Assembly: GCA_016926205.1 (NCBI GenBank)
Contig: JAFGPB010000087.1
Coordinates: 1 to 60,919 of the forward strand
DNA: 60,919 nt
Direction: 5' to 3'
From: Bacteroidales bacterium
Lineage (GTDB): Bacteria; Bacteroidota; Bacteroidia; Bacteroidales; UBA10428
Under the pieces are notes generated by a model. It was not told where the DNA came from. It made no database searches and saw nothing but the letters and a program-made list of their open reading frames with translations. The translations under genes were made by a program, and so were the position numbers. Shown here piece after piece: positions 39,680 to 48,647 of the stretch. Positions within the stretch are counted from its first letter, which is position 1, and every line of letters starts with the position of its first letter.

Positions 39680-41356
39680 TTAATTCAATTTCAAACTTAT
39701 GGGTGACAGAGGTCTTACTCCTCCATCCGGTCCCACTGCCCTGATGTCTTCTATATATACGGAGGCCCCTCTGCTGAGGCCGTTGATCAGATTCCGCACT
39801 TCCTGGTTGAACTGATTGCCGGTAACTTTCACATCATTGACAAAACCACCAATGATCGCCACAACAGTAAATTCCGTAACCCTGAATGTCAGGTCAAACT
39901 CAAAATCCTCCGGCATGGCAGCCACAACACCGGGCTGTGCCAGCAATACGCTTTTCGTAATGGCTCCGCTTCTCTGGTTGGCAACCATTGCAACAGGATC
40001 CGGTACGGTTTTCACCCGGAAAGGTTTAGATCCCACCTGAGTCCAGTTGCCGTTCAGCTGTGCTGAAACGGTCACTACACAATTGCCCTGCCGCATAGGG
40101 TTCATAATCCATCCGTCACCCGATCTTTTCATGGTACCGTTCGAGGCCGACGCCTGAACCTGATTGGCAGGAACTCCAGGTACTGATATCTCAACCGGAT
40201 TGTCGACCCCAAGATAAAAAACATTCATCTTGGTGGGTGAAACCACGACGCTTCCTTCCGCTACCTGGTATTCCTCATAGAAAGGCCTGCGAATGGCTCC
40301 TCCGGGTCCCTGGAATTCAAGAATCCCTCCCCATTGCTTAATGCCTGCAGTACTGCCCGACCTTTCAAAGATTCCTTTACCGGTCTGCAGATCCACTTCA
40401 ATTTGCTGATAGTTCAGTCCTTCCCTCAGCTCATATTCGACCTGTCCGGTCTCCTCATTCAAACGCTCTTCCCATGGCTGGCTTACGCCTTCCACAACAT
40501 AAATGCTGGGTGCCTGGGTAGTATCGCGGGCTGCCAGAAATATCTCAGCCTGGTAAGGATTACCCCTGATGATATAATTGGAATTGGGTATGACCACGGC
40601 TTCCAGTTCGTTGAATTTTACTTCACCCGCACTGATCTGCGCATATAAATAATTGATCATCTCCGATTCAGCGTTGCGCAAATCGATCTGCATGGATGAC
40701 ATGATGGCAAGAAATCCCATAAGCGGAGAATGTCCGAATTTGTGGATCTCCCAGACACTTTTTTCACGATTCCTCAACGCTCCCTCCTGAGCAGGAGCTT
40801 CGGTATTCAGACTCGCTTTGATTGTTTCCCTGAGCTGTTCCGGAAGATTTTCCTCACTGCCTTCAATATTCAGCAGGAATTCCCTGAATTCTTCAATATT
40901 GTTCTTGAGCAGCCTTGCCTCGCTTTTTTCGGTCAGTTCATTCCCGATCATGATGCGGTTGGGTGTATCATAATCAGTGGTTGCCTTGATGTTATCCTGA
41001 ATGATCTCGCCATCCACCACGATGTCTTCAATATTTCCCCGTTCCGCCTCGCTGAGTACTCTGATCTTCAGTCTCTGGATATAGGTATTCAGGCTGTCAG
41101 CCCTGCTTTTCACCTCAAAAGCTTTGTTGTACCATGCTGCCGTTTTGCTCTCGTTTAATAGCAATGCCTGCTCAAACTCGGAATAGATATCGCTGTTTTT
41201 TATTTCAATGGTATTCCCGGTCTTTTGAAGGCCCTCATCAATGATCTTAAAGGCATCGAGCACATCGGTTGATACATTCAGCGCCAACAATGCCGTCAGC
41301 ACCAAATACATCATGCCGATCATTTTTTGTCTCGGTGTTTCCTTACCGTGTGCCAT
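39680..41356 (-). CDS. gldM: T9SS/gliding motor rotor GldM/PorM
   Basis: KETPRQKMIGMMYLVLTALLALNVS, KMNVFYLGVDNPVEISVPG, FRVKTVPDP. Confidence 0.95.
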   Translation of the reverse strand: MAHGKETPRQKMIGMMYLVLTALLALNVSTDVLDAFKIIDEGLQKTGNTIEIKNSDIYSEFEQALLLNESKTAAWYNKAFEVKSRADSLNTYIQRLKIRVLSEAERGNIEDIVVDGEIIQDNIKATTDYDTPNRIMIGNELTEKSEARLLKNNIEEFREFLLNIEGSEENLPEQLRETIKASLNTEAPAQEGALRNREKSVWEIHKFGHSPLMGFLAIMSSMQIDLRNAESEMINYLYAQISAGEVKFNELEAVVIPNSNYIIRGNPYQAEIFLAARDTTQAPSIYVVEGVSQPWEERLNEETGQVEYELREGLNYQQIEVDLQTGKGIFERSGSTAGIKQWGGILEFQGPGGAIRRPFYEEYQVAEGSVVVSPTKMNVFYLGVDNPVEISVPGVPANQVQASASNGTMKRSGDGWIMNPMRQGNCVVTVSAQLNGNWTQVGSKPFRVKTVPDPVAMVANQRSGAITKSVLLAQPGVVAAMPEDFEFDLTFRVTEFTVVAIIGGFVNDVKVTGNQFNQEVRNLINGLSRGASVYIEDIRAVGPDGGVRPLSPISLKLN

Positions 41357-41376
41357 AAAACGCAGAGATTACTTAA

Positions 41377-42312
41377 TTATTTGTTAATGATTACATTCAT
41401 AGCCGACAACATATTTCCGTATATGCTGTTCAGTGATGTAAGGTTATCTCGAAGTTTCACGATTTCTTCCTTATACTTGCCTGTTTCATCGATGGATTCC
41501 CTGAGCCTTTTGATCATATCCTCAATGCCCGAGTAAACCTCCTGTGTCCCTTTAAGATGATCGCTACCTTCTTTGATCTGCAGCTCATATACCGCATTCA
41601 AGGCGGAAAGATTCTTGTTCAGGGCTTCGAGGTGTTGTTCATGGACACTGCCGCTCTGTGAAATGTTCTCATGTTCATTCTTAATGGTCTCTGCAATGCG
41701 CAGATAAGAATCTGATATCTCTGAACCCGATTTTGCAACCTTCTCTGCAGAATTAAGATAAGCGCTGGCCAGACTGTCAGCCGAGCTTTTTATTGCCTCT
41801 GCAGTAGTATTGTATGTCTCATTTACCGTGCCGATTGAACTGGCAGCCGACTGCATGTTGGCAAGGAACTCTTTTGTTGCCACAGATGCTGCCGAAATAT
41901 CTGCAATACTGCTTGCTGCAATGTTCAAACGCTGCAAGCCTTCACCGATGTTCTTTAATGTACTCTCATCTATATAGGTTTCACCAAGCAGATTTTCAAT
42001 TTTTTCAAGGGGTCTGCCACCAAAACCCTGGCCCAGTTCCTTCATTTCCCCCATCTCCTCTTCGTCTGACATGCCCGCCAGTTCGGGATAGACAAGTGTC
42101 CAGTCAAGCTCTTCATGAAGCGGCTCAAATGCTGAGAAAAAGAATATGATTGCTTCAGTGCAAAGTCCCAGAGTCAGGAAGAGACCTGAACCTTTCCAGT
42201 GCTGGATCTTGAACAAGGCCCCGATGATAACAACCGATGCTCCCCAGCCGTAAAGCTTAGCCATAAACTTCTTCCAACCGGAACTTTCAACTATTTGTGC
42301 CAAACTAGCCAT
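41377..42312 (-). CDS. gldL: T9SS/gliding motor stator GldL/PorL
   Basis: YGWGASVVIIGALFKIQHW, TEAIIFFFSAFEP, WTLVYPEL, LNSIYGNMLSAM. Confidence 0.96.
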   Translation of the reverse strand: MASLAQIVESSGWKKFMAKLYGWGASVVIIGALFKIQHWKGSGLFLTLGLCTEAIIFFFSAFEPLHEELDWTLVYPELAGMSDEEEMGEMKELGQGFGGRPLEKIENLLGETYIDESTLKNIGEGLQRLNIAASSIADISAASVATKEFLANMQSAASSIGTVNETYNTTAEAIKSSADSLASAYLNSAEKVAKSGSEISDSYLRIAETIKNEHENISQSGSVHEQHLEALNKNLSALNAVYELQIKEGSDHLKGTQEVYSGIEDMIKRLRESIDETGKYKEEIVKLRDNLTSLNSIYGNMLSAMNVIINK

Positions 42313-42351
42313 AGTCTTTAAACTTTAGATTAATGAACTCTTGTTATTTTT

Positions 42352-43689
42352 TCAGTTGCTGCCCATATATGAACGTACGCATCTGAATCCGATATAGGAT
42401 TTAGCGGTATCCTGATATTCATATGTCCTGCTTCCGTTCTGCAGAAAATACGCGATGTCCTTCCATGATCCGCCGCGGATCACTTTCCTTTTCATGACCG
42501 GCAGGTCGTCCGGTTTTGCATTGTAGCGGTAATCCGGATTCAGGTCATTGGTGAACAAATATGCCGATTCGTCATATGCACTGGATGTCCATTCCGCAAC
42601 ATTTCCCGCCATATCATAAAGGCCATACTCATTGGGTTGGTATGAACCGACTGCGACTGTGGTGATGCCGCCATCATCCACATATCTGCCCCTCATGGGC
42701 TTAAAATTGGCCAGGAAACATCCGTCCATGTTGCGTGAGTAATAACCTCCCCACGGGTACATGGAATTATCCAGGCCACCTCTTGCAGCATATTCCCATT
42801 CCGATTCGATAGGAAGCCTGTAATCGGGAACTCCGGGATGTCCGGTCGACCTCAGTGAAGCATTCAGGTACATAGACCTCCATATGCAAAAAGCATTCGC
42901 CTGTTTCCAGGTCACACCCACAACCGGGTAGTTGTCATAGGAAGGATGCCAGAAATAACTGGTCGTGTAAGGTTCATTGAATGAATAGGTAAAGTCGGCG
43001 ATCCAGACCAGTGTATCGGGATACACATTTACCATGTCCCTGATTACAAATGAGGAGCGGTCCATTATCTCCACCTGTTCACCCTGACTGTTGACAATGT
43101 ATCCCTCATATTCACCGGTTTCATAATTATAACGGTTCGATTTGCTGGCAGCCTGCTTCAGGTCTATCCACCAGTATTCATAATTCAGTTTCCGGGTATC
43201 AATTTCCTTTTTGTAGAAAAACCTTTCCTGCTGATTCAGATACAGATCACTCAATATTTCATTGATCTCCTCATCTCTCATATCAATTCTTGTTTCCCAG
43301 TTAATGGCAGGAGGATCAATCAGATTGCCATATTCATCTTCTGTGATGAGAAAATCATCAAGCTGTTCACCCAGCATTCTTCTCATGATTGAATCCCTGA
43401 CCCAGAATACGAACTGCCTGTACTCATTATTGGTTATTTCGGTCTCATCCATCCAGAATGCACCGGTCGTAACGGTTTTGGTCAATGATGACTGTGCCCA
43501 GGCTGCATCCTGATCATTGGGCCCCATATTGTAAGAACCTTGTGGAATGAAAACCATACCATAAGGATCGGGCTCATAGAACTTGGATCTGTTATCAACA
43601 CCAGTCAGTTCTCCTCCCTGATAGCTGCCGGAGCAACCGCTGATCACAGCCAGTAACAGAACAAAACCTGCACAAATTAGCTTTTTCAT
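42352..43689 (-). CDS. gldK: T9SS/gliding lipoprotein GldK/PorK (FGE-sulfatase/SUMF1 fold)
   Basis: Lipobox ISGC, GELTG, DETEITNNEYRQFV, YPDT, YPVVGVTW, RGGSWKD, GFRCV. Confidence 0.95.
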   Translation of the reverse strand: MKKLICAGFVLLLAVISGCSGSYQGGELTGVDNRSKFYEPDPYGMVFIPQGSYNMGPNDQDAAWAQSSLTKTVTTGAFWMDETEITNNEYRQFVFWVRDSIMRRMLGEQLDDFLITEDEYGNLIDPPAINWETRIDMRDEEINEILSDLYLNQQERFFYKKEIDTRKLNYEYWWIDLKQAASKSNRYNYETGEYEGYIVNSQGEQVEIMDRSSFVIRDMVNVYPDTLVWIADFTYSFNEPYTTSYFWHPSYDNYPVVGVTWKQANAFCIWRSMYLNASLRSTGHPGVPDYRLPIESEWEYAARGGLDNSMYPWGGYYSRNMDGCFLANFKPMRGRYVDDGGITTVAVGSYQPNEYGLYDMAGNVAEWTSSAYDESAYLFTNDLNPDYRYNAKPDDLPVMKRKVIRGGSWKDIAYFLQNGSRTYEYQDTAKSYIGFRCVRSYMGSN

Positions 43690-43700
43690 AATCCAATAGA

Positions 43701-43762
43701 TTTTACCATTAAAACAAGCTCTTCAATACTTTTTTACCATTAAAACAAGCTCTTCAATACTT
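43701..43762. repeat. Exact 31-bp tandem duplication in the porP-gldK intergenic region
   Basis: ttttaccattaaaacaagctcttcaatactt at 43701-43731 and 43732-43762. Confidence 0.95.
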
Positions 43763-43779
43763 TAACAACTCATACAATT

Positions 43780-44748
43780 TTATAAAAACCTGATACTCTT
43801 ATATTTTTCCGGAACTCTTTCGATTCCGATAATAAAATCATAGCCAATCATGACTTCATGTGAACCTTTTGAATAATTCGACAAGGCCGATGTATCAAAA
43901 TCATAGGAATAACCGATTTTTACGCCGTTCAGGATGTTCACGCCTGCCATCCCTACAACAGCCGAGCCAACTCTATAGGTAACGCCGGCCCATAACTTTT
44001 TATTGTACATGAAAACCGTGTTTAAATCAATTTTTGTAGCGCGGGTATCCGACTGAATGAAAACCGAAGGCTGTAACTCGAATGCAGGATTGGACAACTG
44101 CAGGGTATAACCTGCAGTCAGATAAAAATGCCTGATTACCTTTTCTTTCGCTTCCGAAAGGGAAGATGAAACACCTTCAGTCTGATATACAAATTCATCC
44201 TGCATGATGTGAGTGGATGACAATCCTACATAAAGTTCGTCGGTCTGGTAAAATACCCCGGCACCTATATCAAAGACAAACTCGTTTTGTTTTCCTGTCG
44301 GTATTGCGGCATCCTGATCGGGTGAGATGTGTATGGGGGATGAAGGGATGCTCCATACCGGATCAAGTTTACGGTTCAGAAAACTGCCGCTGATACCCAG
44401 ACCAAGCCTGCCGGTTCCCAGGGTAAACTGATATGCATAGGACAGTGAAAGATTTATATCCTGGTTGAATCCGATCTCATCATAATAAATGGAAAGACCT
44501 GCACCGTGGTTGGCTCCAAACAGCCTGAACGGAGCACTCAGGTTCAGGATGACATCCCTCGGGGCTCCCTCTATTCCTACCCATTGCTGCCTCATTATTG
44601 CATGCGTTGAGATCATGTCACTGCTTCCAGCGAAACCGGGATTTATGGATATATGATCGTACATATAATGACTTACCTGTCTTTCCTGTTGTGCTTCGGC
44701 AGATATAAAAACTGTCAAAGCAAAAAATACCAAGATTGATTTTTTCAT
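43780..44748 (-). CDS. porP: PorP/SprF-family T9SS outer-membrane beta-barrel
   Basis: AQQ..SHYM..INPGFAG, RQQWVGIEGAP, GYSYD, GSHEVMIGY, terminal YKSIRFL; directly upstream of gldK. Confidence 0.9.
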   Translation of the reverse strand: MKKSILVFFALTVFISAEAQQERQVSHYMYDHISINPGFAGSSDMISTHAIMRQQWVGIEGAPRDVILNLSAPFRLFGANHGAGLSIYYDEIGFNQDINLSLSYAYQFTLGTGRLGLGISGSFLNRKLDPVWSIPSSPIHISPDQDAAIPTGKQNEFVFDIGAGVFYQTDELYVGLSSTHIMQDEFVYQTEGVSSSLSEAKEKVIRHFYLTAGYTLQLSNPAFELQPSVFIQSDTRATKIDLNTVFMYNKKLWAGVTYRVGSAVVGMAGVNILNGVKIGYSYDFDTSALSNYSKGSHEVMIGYDFIIGIERVPEKYKSIRFL

Positions 44749-44849
44749 ATTTTTACTATCCTACTTTAATTGCTTTTATCAGATAGTGCCTGATTGAGCC
44801 TATAATATAAAGTAAAATAAGCAAAAATATTGTTTACCAACAAATCAAA

Positions 44850-44869
44850 ATTAACAGCCTCCTGTTAAT
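44850..44869. promoter_or_regulatory. 8-4-8 inverted repeat upstream of porP
   Basis: ATTAACAG-cctc-CTGTTAAT about 100 bp upstream of the porP start. Confidence 0.4.
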
Positions 44870-45033
44870 AAACTTCAAATTGAAAACGTCTTATTATACT
44901 GATTTGTTAAAAGAATGTTACCTCTGCATCATTTTTTTTCCAAAAAAAAACAAATCAGCATTTTCGGGCCGGTAAAAGCCAAATGTGAACACAACAGATG
45001 ATATAGGGCAGCAAAATACCGTTAACGGAATGT

Positions 45034-45061
45034 GCAGTTTACAAACGGCAGTTTACAAACG
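45034..45061. repeat. Exact 14-bp tandem duplication
   Basis: gcagtttacaaacg x2 immediately past the stop of the arginase-like gene. Confidence 0.85.
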
Positions 45062-45062
45062 G

Positions 45063-46208
45063 TCAATTGATTCTCTGGTATACTTTCCACCAAAGGTCGG
45101 GGATCTCATGCTTTCCGGCCTGCTGATATTCCTCACAGGAACATGATACCATAACAGTCCGGCCTGATCCGATATCCGGCACTTCCATCCACCAGCGGTT
45201 GGTGATCATACTCTTATAAAATGTAAGTTCATGTTCCATATCCTGATGGCCGATGATAAACACTTTAAAATCGGGATTTTCCGGACCCGGATTTTCAGAT
45301 CTGCGTTGCACAAAACCATCAATGAAATACCAGATTATCTGGGCTCCCAGGTGTGTAGTTTGGTCGTGGCGGTCAAAAAGGGGATTGGCTTCAAAGATCC
45401 CGAAACAGGAAACACGATCGCTTAATCCGGCATAACGTGCCAGCCGGCAGGCTTCATCAGCAACAAAGCCATTGGGCGAAGGAAACATCGTGCCCGGTGA
45501 ATCCGATTGCTTGATGGCAGCGACATCAAAACTGACAATGTGAGCGTCACGCAGGTAAGGTTCGCTCATCCCAAGGTTGTCGCGCAGCATTCCAAGACGC
45601 ACAGCTTCAAAGGAATGTTTTTCAAAACGTTCAAGCAGTTCATTGTCCACCAGATATTGCTGGTGACCCAGGTTTGTATACTGGAAAAGCTTCGGACTCT
45701 TCATGATTTCCTCCATCCATCTGATGTCACCGCTTTCTCCTTCAGTCAGGTCCAGCCGCGGATCAACACTCACCACATTTACGGTTTCCTTCATTCTTTC
45801 AAGAGCCATGTAGGCACCATACGTTATGTCCTGCGTGCCCCCCATCACGATCACCACCAGCTGGTTGCCCAGCAGTTCCAGCAGAACATCCCGCACACCG
45901 AAATAAGTATCACTCAACGAACCGGTACTTTTAAGGTTGCCCAGATCGATTATCCTTACTTTTTCGTTCATCCTGTAAAGCTGATAAAGCTGATTCCGGA
46001 TCTTGTCAGGTGATTCCGAAGAACCCCTGTTCAGTGAGTTGCGGTCCTCGCCGACTCCGAGCAACGCCACCTGGTAATTGCTGATCTCATCAATGGGCGT
46101 ATCTGGTGTGTTGATCCTGATATTATGGCCCAGCATGGTTTTGCGGGTACTCAGGGCATGTTCGGGTTTATCAAGCGCCACAGGTTCAAAATACAGATTG
46201 AGGTCCAT
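45063..46208 (-). CDS. Arginase/formimidoylglutamase-fold protein with degenerate metal site
   Basis: Ureohydrolase scaffold (ALLGV, IIDLGN, PSPNGF, FGIFE) but GGTQD, DPRLD and SFDVAA replace GGDH, DAHxD and DxD. Confidence 0.8.
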   Translation of the reverse strand: MDLNLYFEPVALDKPEHALSTRKTMLGHNIRINTPDTPIDEISNYQVALLGVGEDRNSLNRGSSESPDKIRNQLYQLYRMNEKVRIIDLGNLKSTGSLSDTYFGVRDVLLELLGNQLVVIVMGGTQDITYGAYMALERMKETVNVVSVDPRLDLTEGESGDIRWMEEIMKSPKLFQYTNLGHQQYLVDNELLERFEKHSFEAVRLGMLRDNLGMSEPYLRDAHIVSFDVAAIKQSDSPGTMFPSPNGFVADEACRLARYAGLSDRVSCFGIFEANPLFDRHDQTTHLGAQIIWYFIDGFVQRRSENPGPENPDFKVFIIGHQDMEHELTFYKSMITNRWWMEVPDIGSGRTVMVSCSCEEYQQAGKHEIPDLWWKVYQRIN

Positions 46209-46224
46209 CTTTCCGGGTATGGTT

Positions 46225-48540
46225 TTATTGCTTCTTTTTCTCTTTTGTTTCTGAATCCCTGACGATCTTCAGGCAATCTTTGTAGGTAAGCTCAGCAGGA
46301 TCGGCACCTATTGGTATTTTGTAATTCTTCCTTTTATAACTCAGGTATCTCCCCCACCTGCCATTTAATATGACCATATCATGGTCCTCAGTGAAGGTTT
46401 TTACAATCCTGTTTTTCTCTTTTTCCCTTTTTTCCCCAATCAGTTCCACAGCTCTTTCAAGTCCAACCGTGTAAGGATCGTCCGTTTGCTTTTTCAATGA
46501 ATAGAATTTTGAATCGTGCAATATATAAGGTCCGAATCTGCCCGTTGATGCGATCACTTCCCTTCCTTCATACTTCCCAAGAACACGGGGCAGTTTGAAC
46601 AACGTCAGGGCCTCTTCCAGCGTAATCGATTCCATGTTTTGTCCCTTACGCAACTGGGCATATTTAGGTTTCTTCTCACCGGAAGTCTCACCGATCTGTG
46701 CAACAACCCCAAACCTGGCCATACGGACATAAACCGGCAGTCCGGTTTCCGGATCCTTACCCAGCAGACGCTCCGGTTTTGTAAATTCCGAATTTTCCAG
46801 GACATGCTCCACCCTTTTATGAAACGGTGAATAGAACCTGCCGATCATCTCGGTCCAGTTCAGCTTCCCAACCGAGATCTCATCAAACTCTTTTTCAACC
46901 GATGCGGTAAAATTAAAATCAAGGATCTCCCCGAAATGCTCAACGAGGAAATCATTCACCAGTATGCCGATGTTATCGGGGAACAATTTCATTTTTTCAG
47001 CTCCTGTGGTCTCCACCCCGACAGTTTCCTGAATGCGGTCACCTTCAAGTGTGACCACATTGAACTTACGTTCTTTCCCGGGGCGTTCTTCCTTTATTAC
47101 ATAACCCCGCTGCTGGATCGTCGAAATGATCGGCGCATATGTTGACGGTCTGCCAATTCCCAGTTCTTCGAGCTTTTTAACCAGACTGGCCTCGGTATAC
47201 CTTGGAGGATGATGTGTAAATCTTTCGGTTGCGTTCATCGTGCTGCAGCTTAATTCCATCCCGGCCGATACAAACGGCAGCAACTGGTTTGCCTTTTCTT
47301 CGGCCTCCTCATCGGGAGATTCAAGATATACCTTCAGAAAACCTTCAAATTTCAATACCTCTCCTTCAGCAAGAAATTTTTCAGGTCTGTTTGAAAGATC
47401 GATCGTTATTGTGGTTTTCTCCAGAAGGGCATCCGCCATCTGTGAAGCGACCGTCCTTTTCCAGATCAGTTCGTACAATTTTTTTTCCGTATTGCTGCCG
47501 TGAATTTCCTGGTTGCTCGGGTAAGTGGGTCGTATGGCTTCATGGGCTTCCTGGGCTCCTTTGCTTTTGGTTTTGTATTTCCTGATATTTACGTATTCCC
47601 GGCCATACAATTTTGCAATGATCTCCTCTGCCGAGGACAATGCCTGGGATGAAAGATTGACGGAATCGGTTCTCATATAGGTAATCAGTCCTGCTTCATA
47701 CAATTTTTGCGCAACAACCATGGTTTGTGCGACCGAGAAACCGAGTTTGCGGCTCGCCTCCTGCTGCAGTGTCGACGTGGTAAAAGGAGGTGAAGGTGAC
47801 TTTTTTGAAGGTTTCTTGACTGCAGCACTGACCTTGAACTCAGCTTTGATGCAATCCTCCAGGAATTTCCGCGCATCCTTCTTTGTCGAAAATCGCCTGT
47901 CAAGATCAGCTTTTATGGTATTTGTCCTTCCTTCTTTTTCAGGTACTTCAAAAACCGCAGTAACTTTATAACTGGATGTGCTTTTAAAATTGATGATCTC
48001 CCGCTCCCGTTCCACGATCAGCCGGACTGCGACAGACTGGACACGTCCCGCCGACAGCGACGGTCTCACCTTCCTCCAAAGGATCGGGGATATCTCAAAA
48101 CCCACCAGACGGTCGAGCACCCTTCTGGCCTGCTGTGCATCAACAAGATTCCGGTCAATTTCCCGGTAGTTTTCAACGGCATGCCATATGGCTTCCTTTG
48201 TGATCTCGTGAAATACGATCCTTTTGCTGTTCACTTTGTCCAGCTTAAGCTCCTCACAAAGATGCCATGCGATTGCTTCACCTTCCCGGTCCTCATCAGA
48301 AGCGAGCCATACCGTTTTAACCTGCCTGACCAGGCTTTTTAATTCGGAAACGATCTTTTTCTTCTCCTGGGGGACAATATATCTTGGACTGAAGTTGTTC
48401 TCTATATCAATCCCCAGGTCTCCCTTGGACAAATCACGTATATGGCCCATGCTCGACTTTACCTGAAAATCCCTGCCAAGAAACTTTTGTATGGTTTTGG
48501 CCTTGGCGGGAGATTCAACAATTACCAGATTACTGATCAT
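46225..48540 (-). CDS. topA: DNA topoisomerase I
   Basis: VIVESPAKAKTI, GHIRDL, DEDREGEAIAWH, SAGRVQS, LITYMRTDS, AQEAHEAIRPT; C-terminal GRFGPY-type repeats. Confidence 0.98.
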   Translation of the reverse strand: MISNLVIVESPAKAKTIQKFLGRDFQVKSSMGHIRDLSKGDLGIDIENNFSPRYIVPQEKKKIVSELKSLVRQVKTVWLASDEDREGEAIAWHLCEELKLDKVNSKRIVFHEITKEAIWHAVENYREIDRNLVDAQQARRVLDRLVGFEISPILWRKVRPSLSAGRVQSVAVRLIVEREREIINFKSTSSYKVTAVFEVPEKEGRTNTIKADLDRRFSTKKDARKFLEDCIKAEFKVSAAVKKPSKKSPSPPFTTSTLQQEASRKLGFSVAQTMVVAQKLYEAGLITYMRTDSVNLSSQALSSAEEIIAKLYGREYVNIRKYKTKSKGAQEAHEAIRPTYPSNQEIHGSNTEKKLYELIWKRTVASQMADALLEKTTITIDLSNRPEKFLAEGEVLKFEGFLKVYLESPDEEAEEKANQLLPFVSAGMELSCSTMNATERFTHHPPRYTEASLVKKLEELGIGRPSTYAPIISTIQQRGYVIKEERPGKERKFNVVTLEGDRIQETVGVETTGAEKMKLFPDNIGILVNDFLVEHFGEILDFNFTASVEKEFDEISVGKLNWTEMIGRFYSPFHKRVEHVLENSEFTKPERLLGKDPETGLPVYVRMARFGVVAQIGETSGEKKPKYAQLRKGQNMESITLEEALTLFKLPRVLGKYEGREVIASTGRFGPYILHDSKFYSLKKQTDDPYTVGLERAVELIGEKREKEKNRIVKTFTEDHDMVILNGRWGRYLSYKRKNYKIPIGADPAELTYKDCLKIVRDSETKEKKKQ

Positions 48541-48647
48541 TCAGCTAACGTTTTGTTTAAAGTTGCAAATAAATCAATTATGCCACTAAGTTCAAAATTT
48601 TAATCTAATAATTATTATTTTTACCCGTCATGGTACCGTATTTCTCT

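Noticed and set aside
42352-43689. Formylglycine-generating enzyme / DGR-target-like fold
   Set aside because: It is GldK/PorK by motifs and operon context; no reverse transcriptase or template repeat seen
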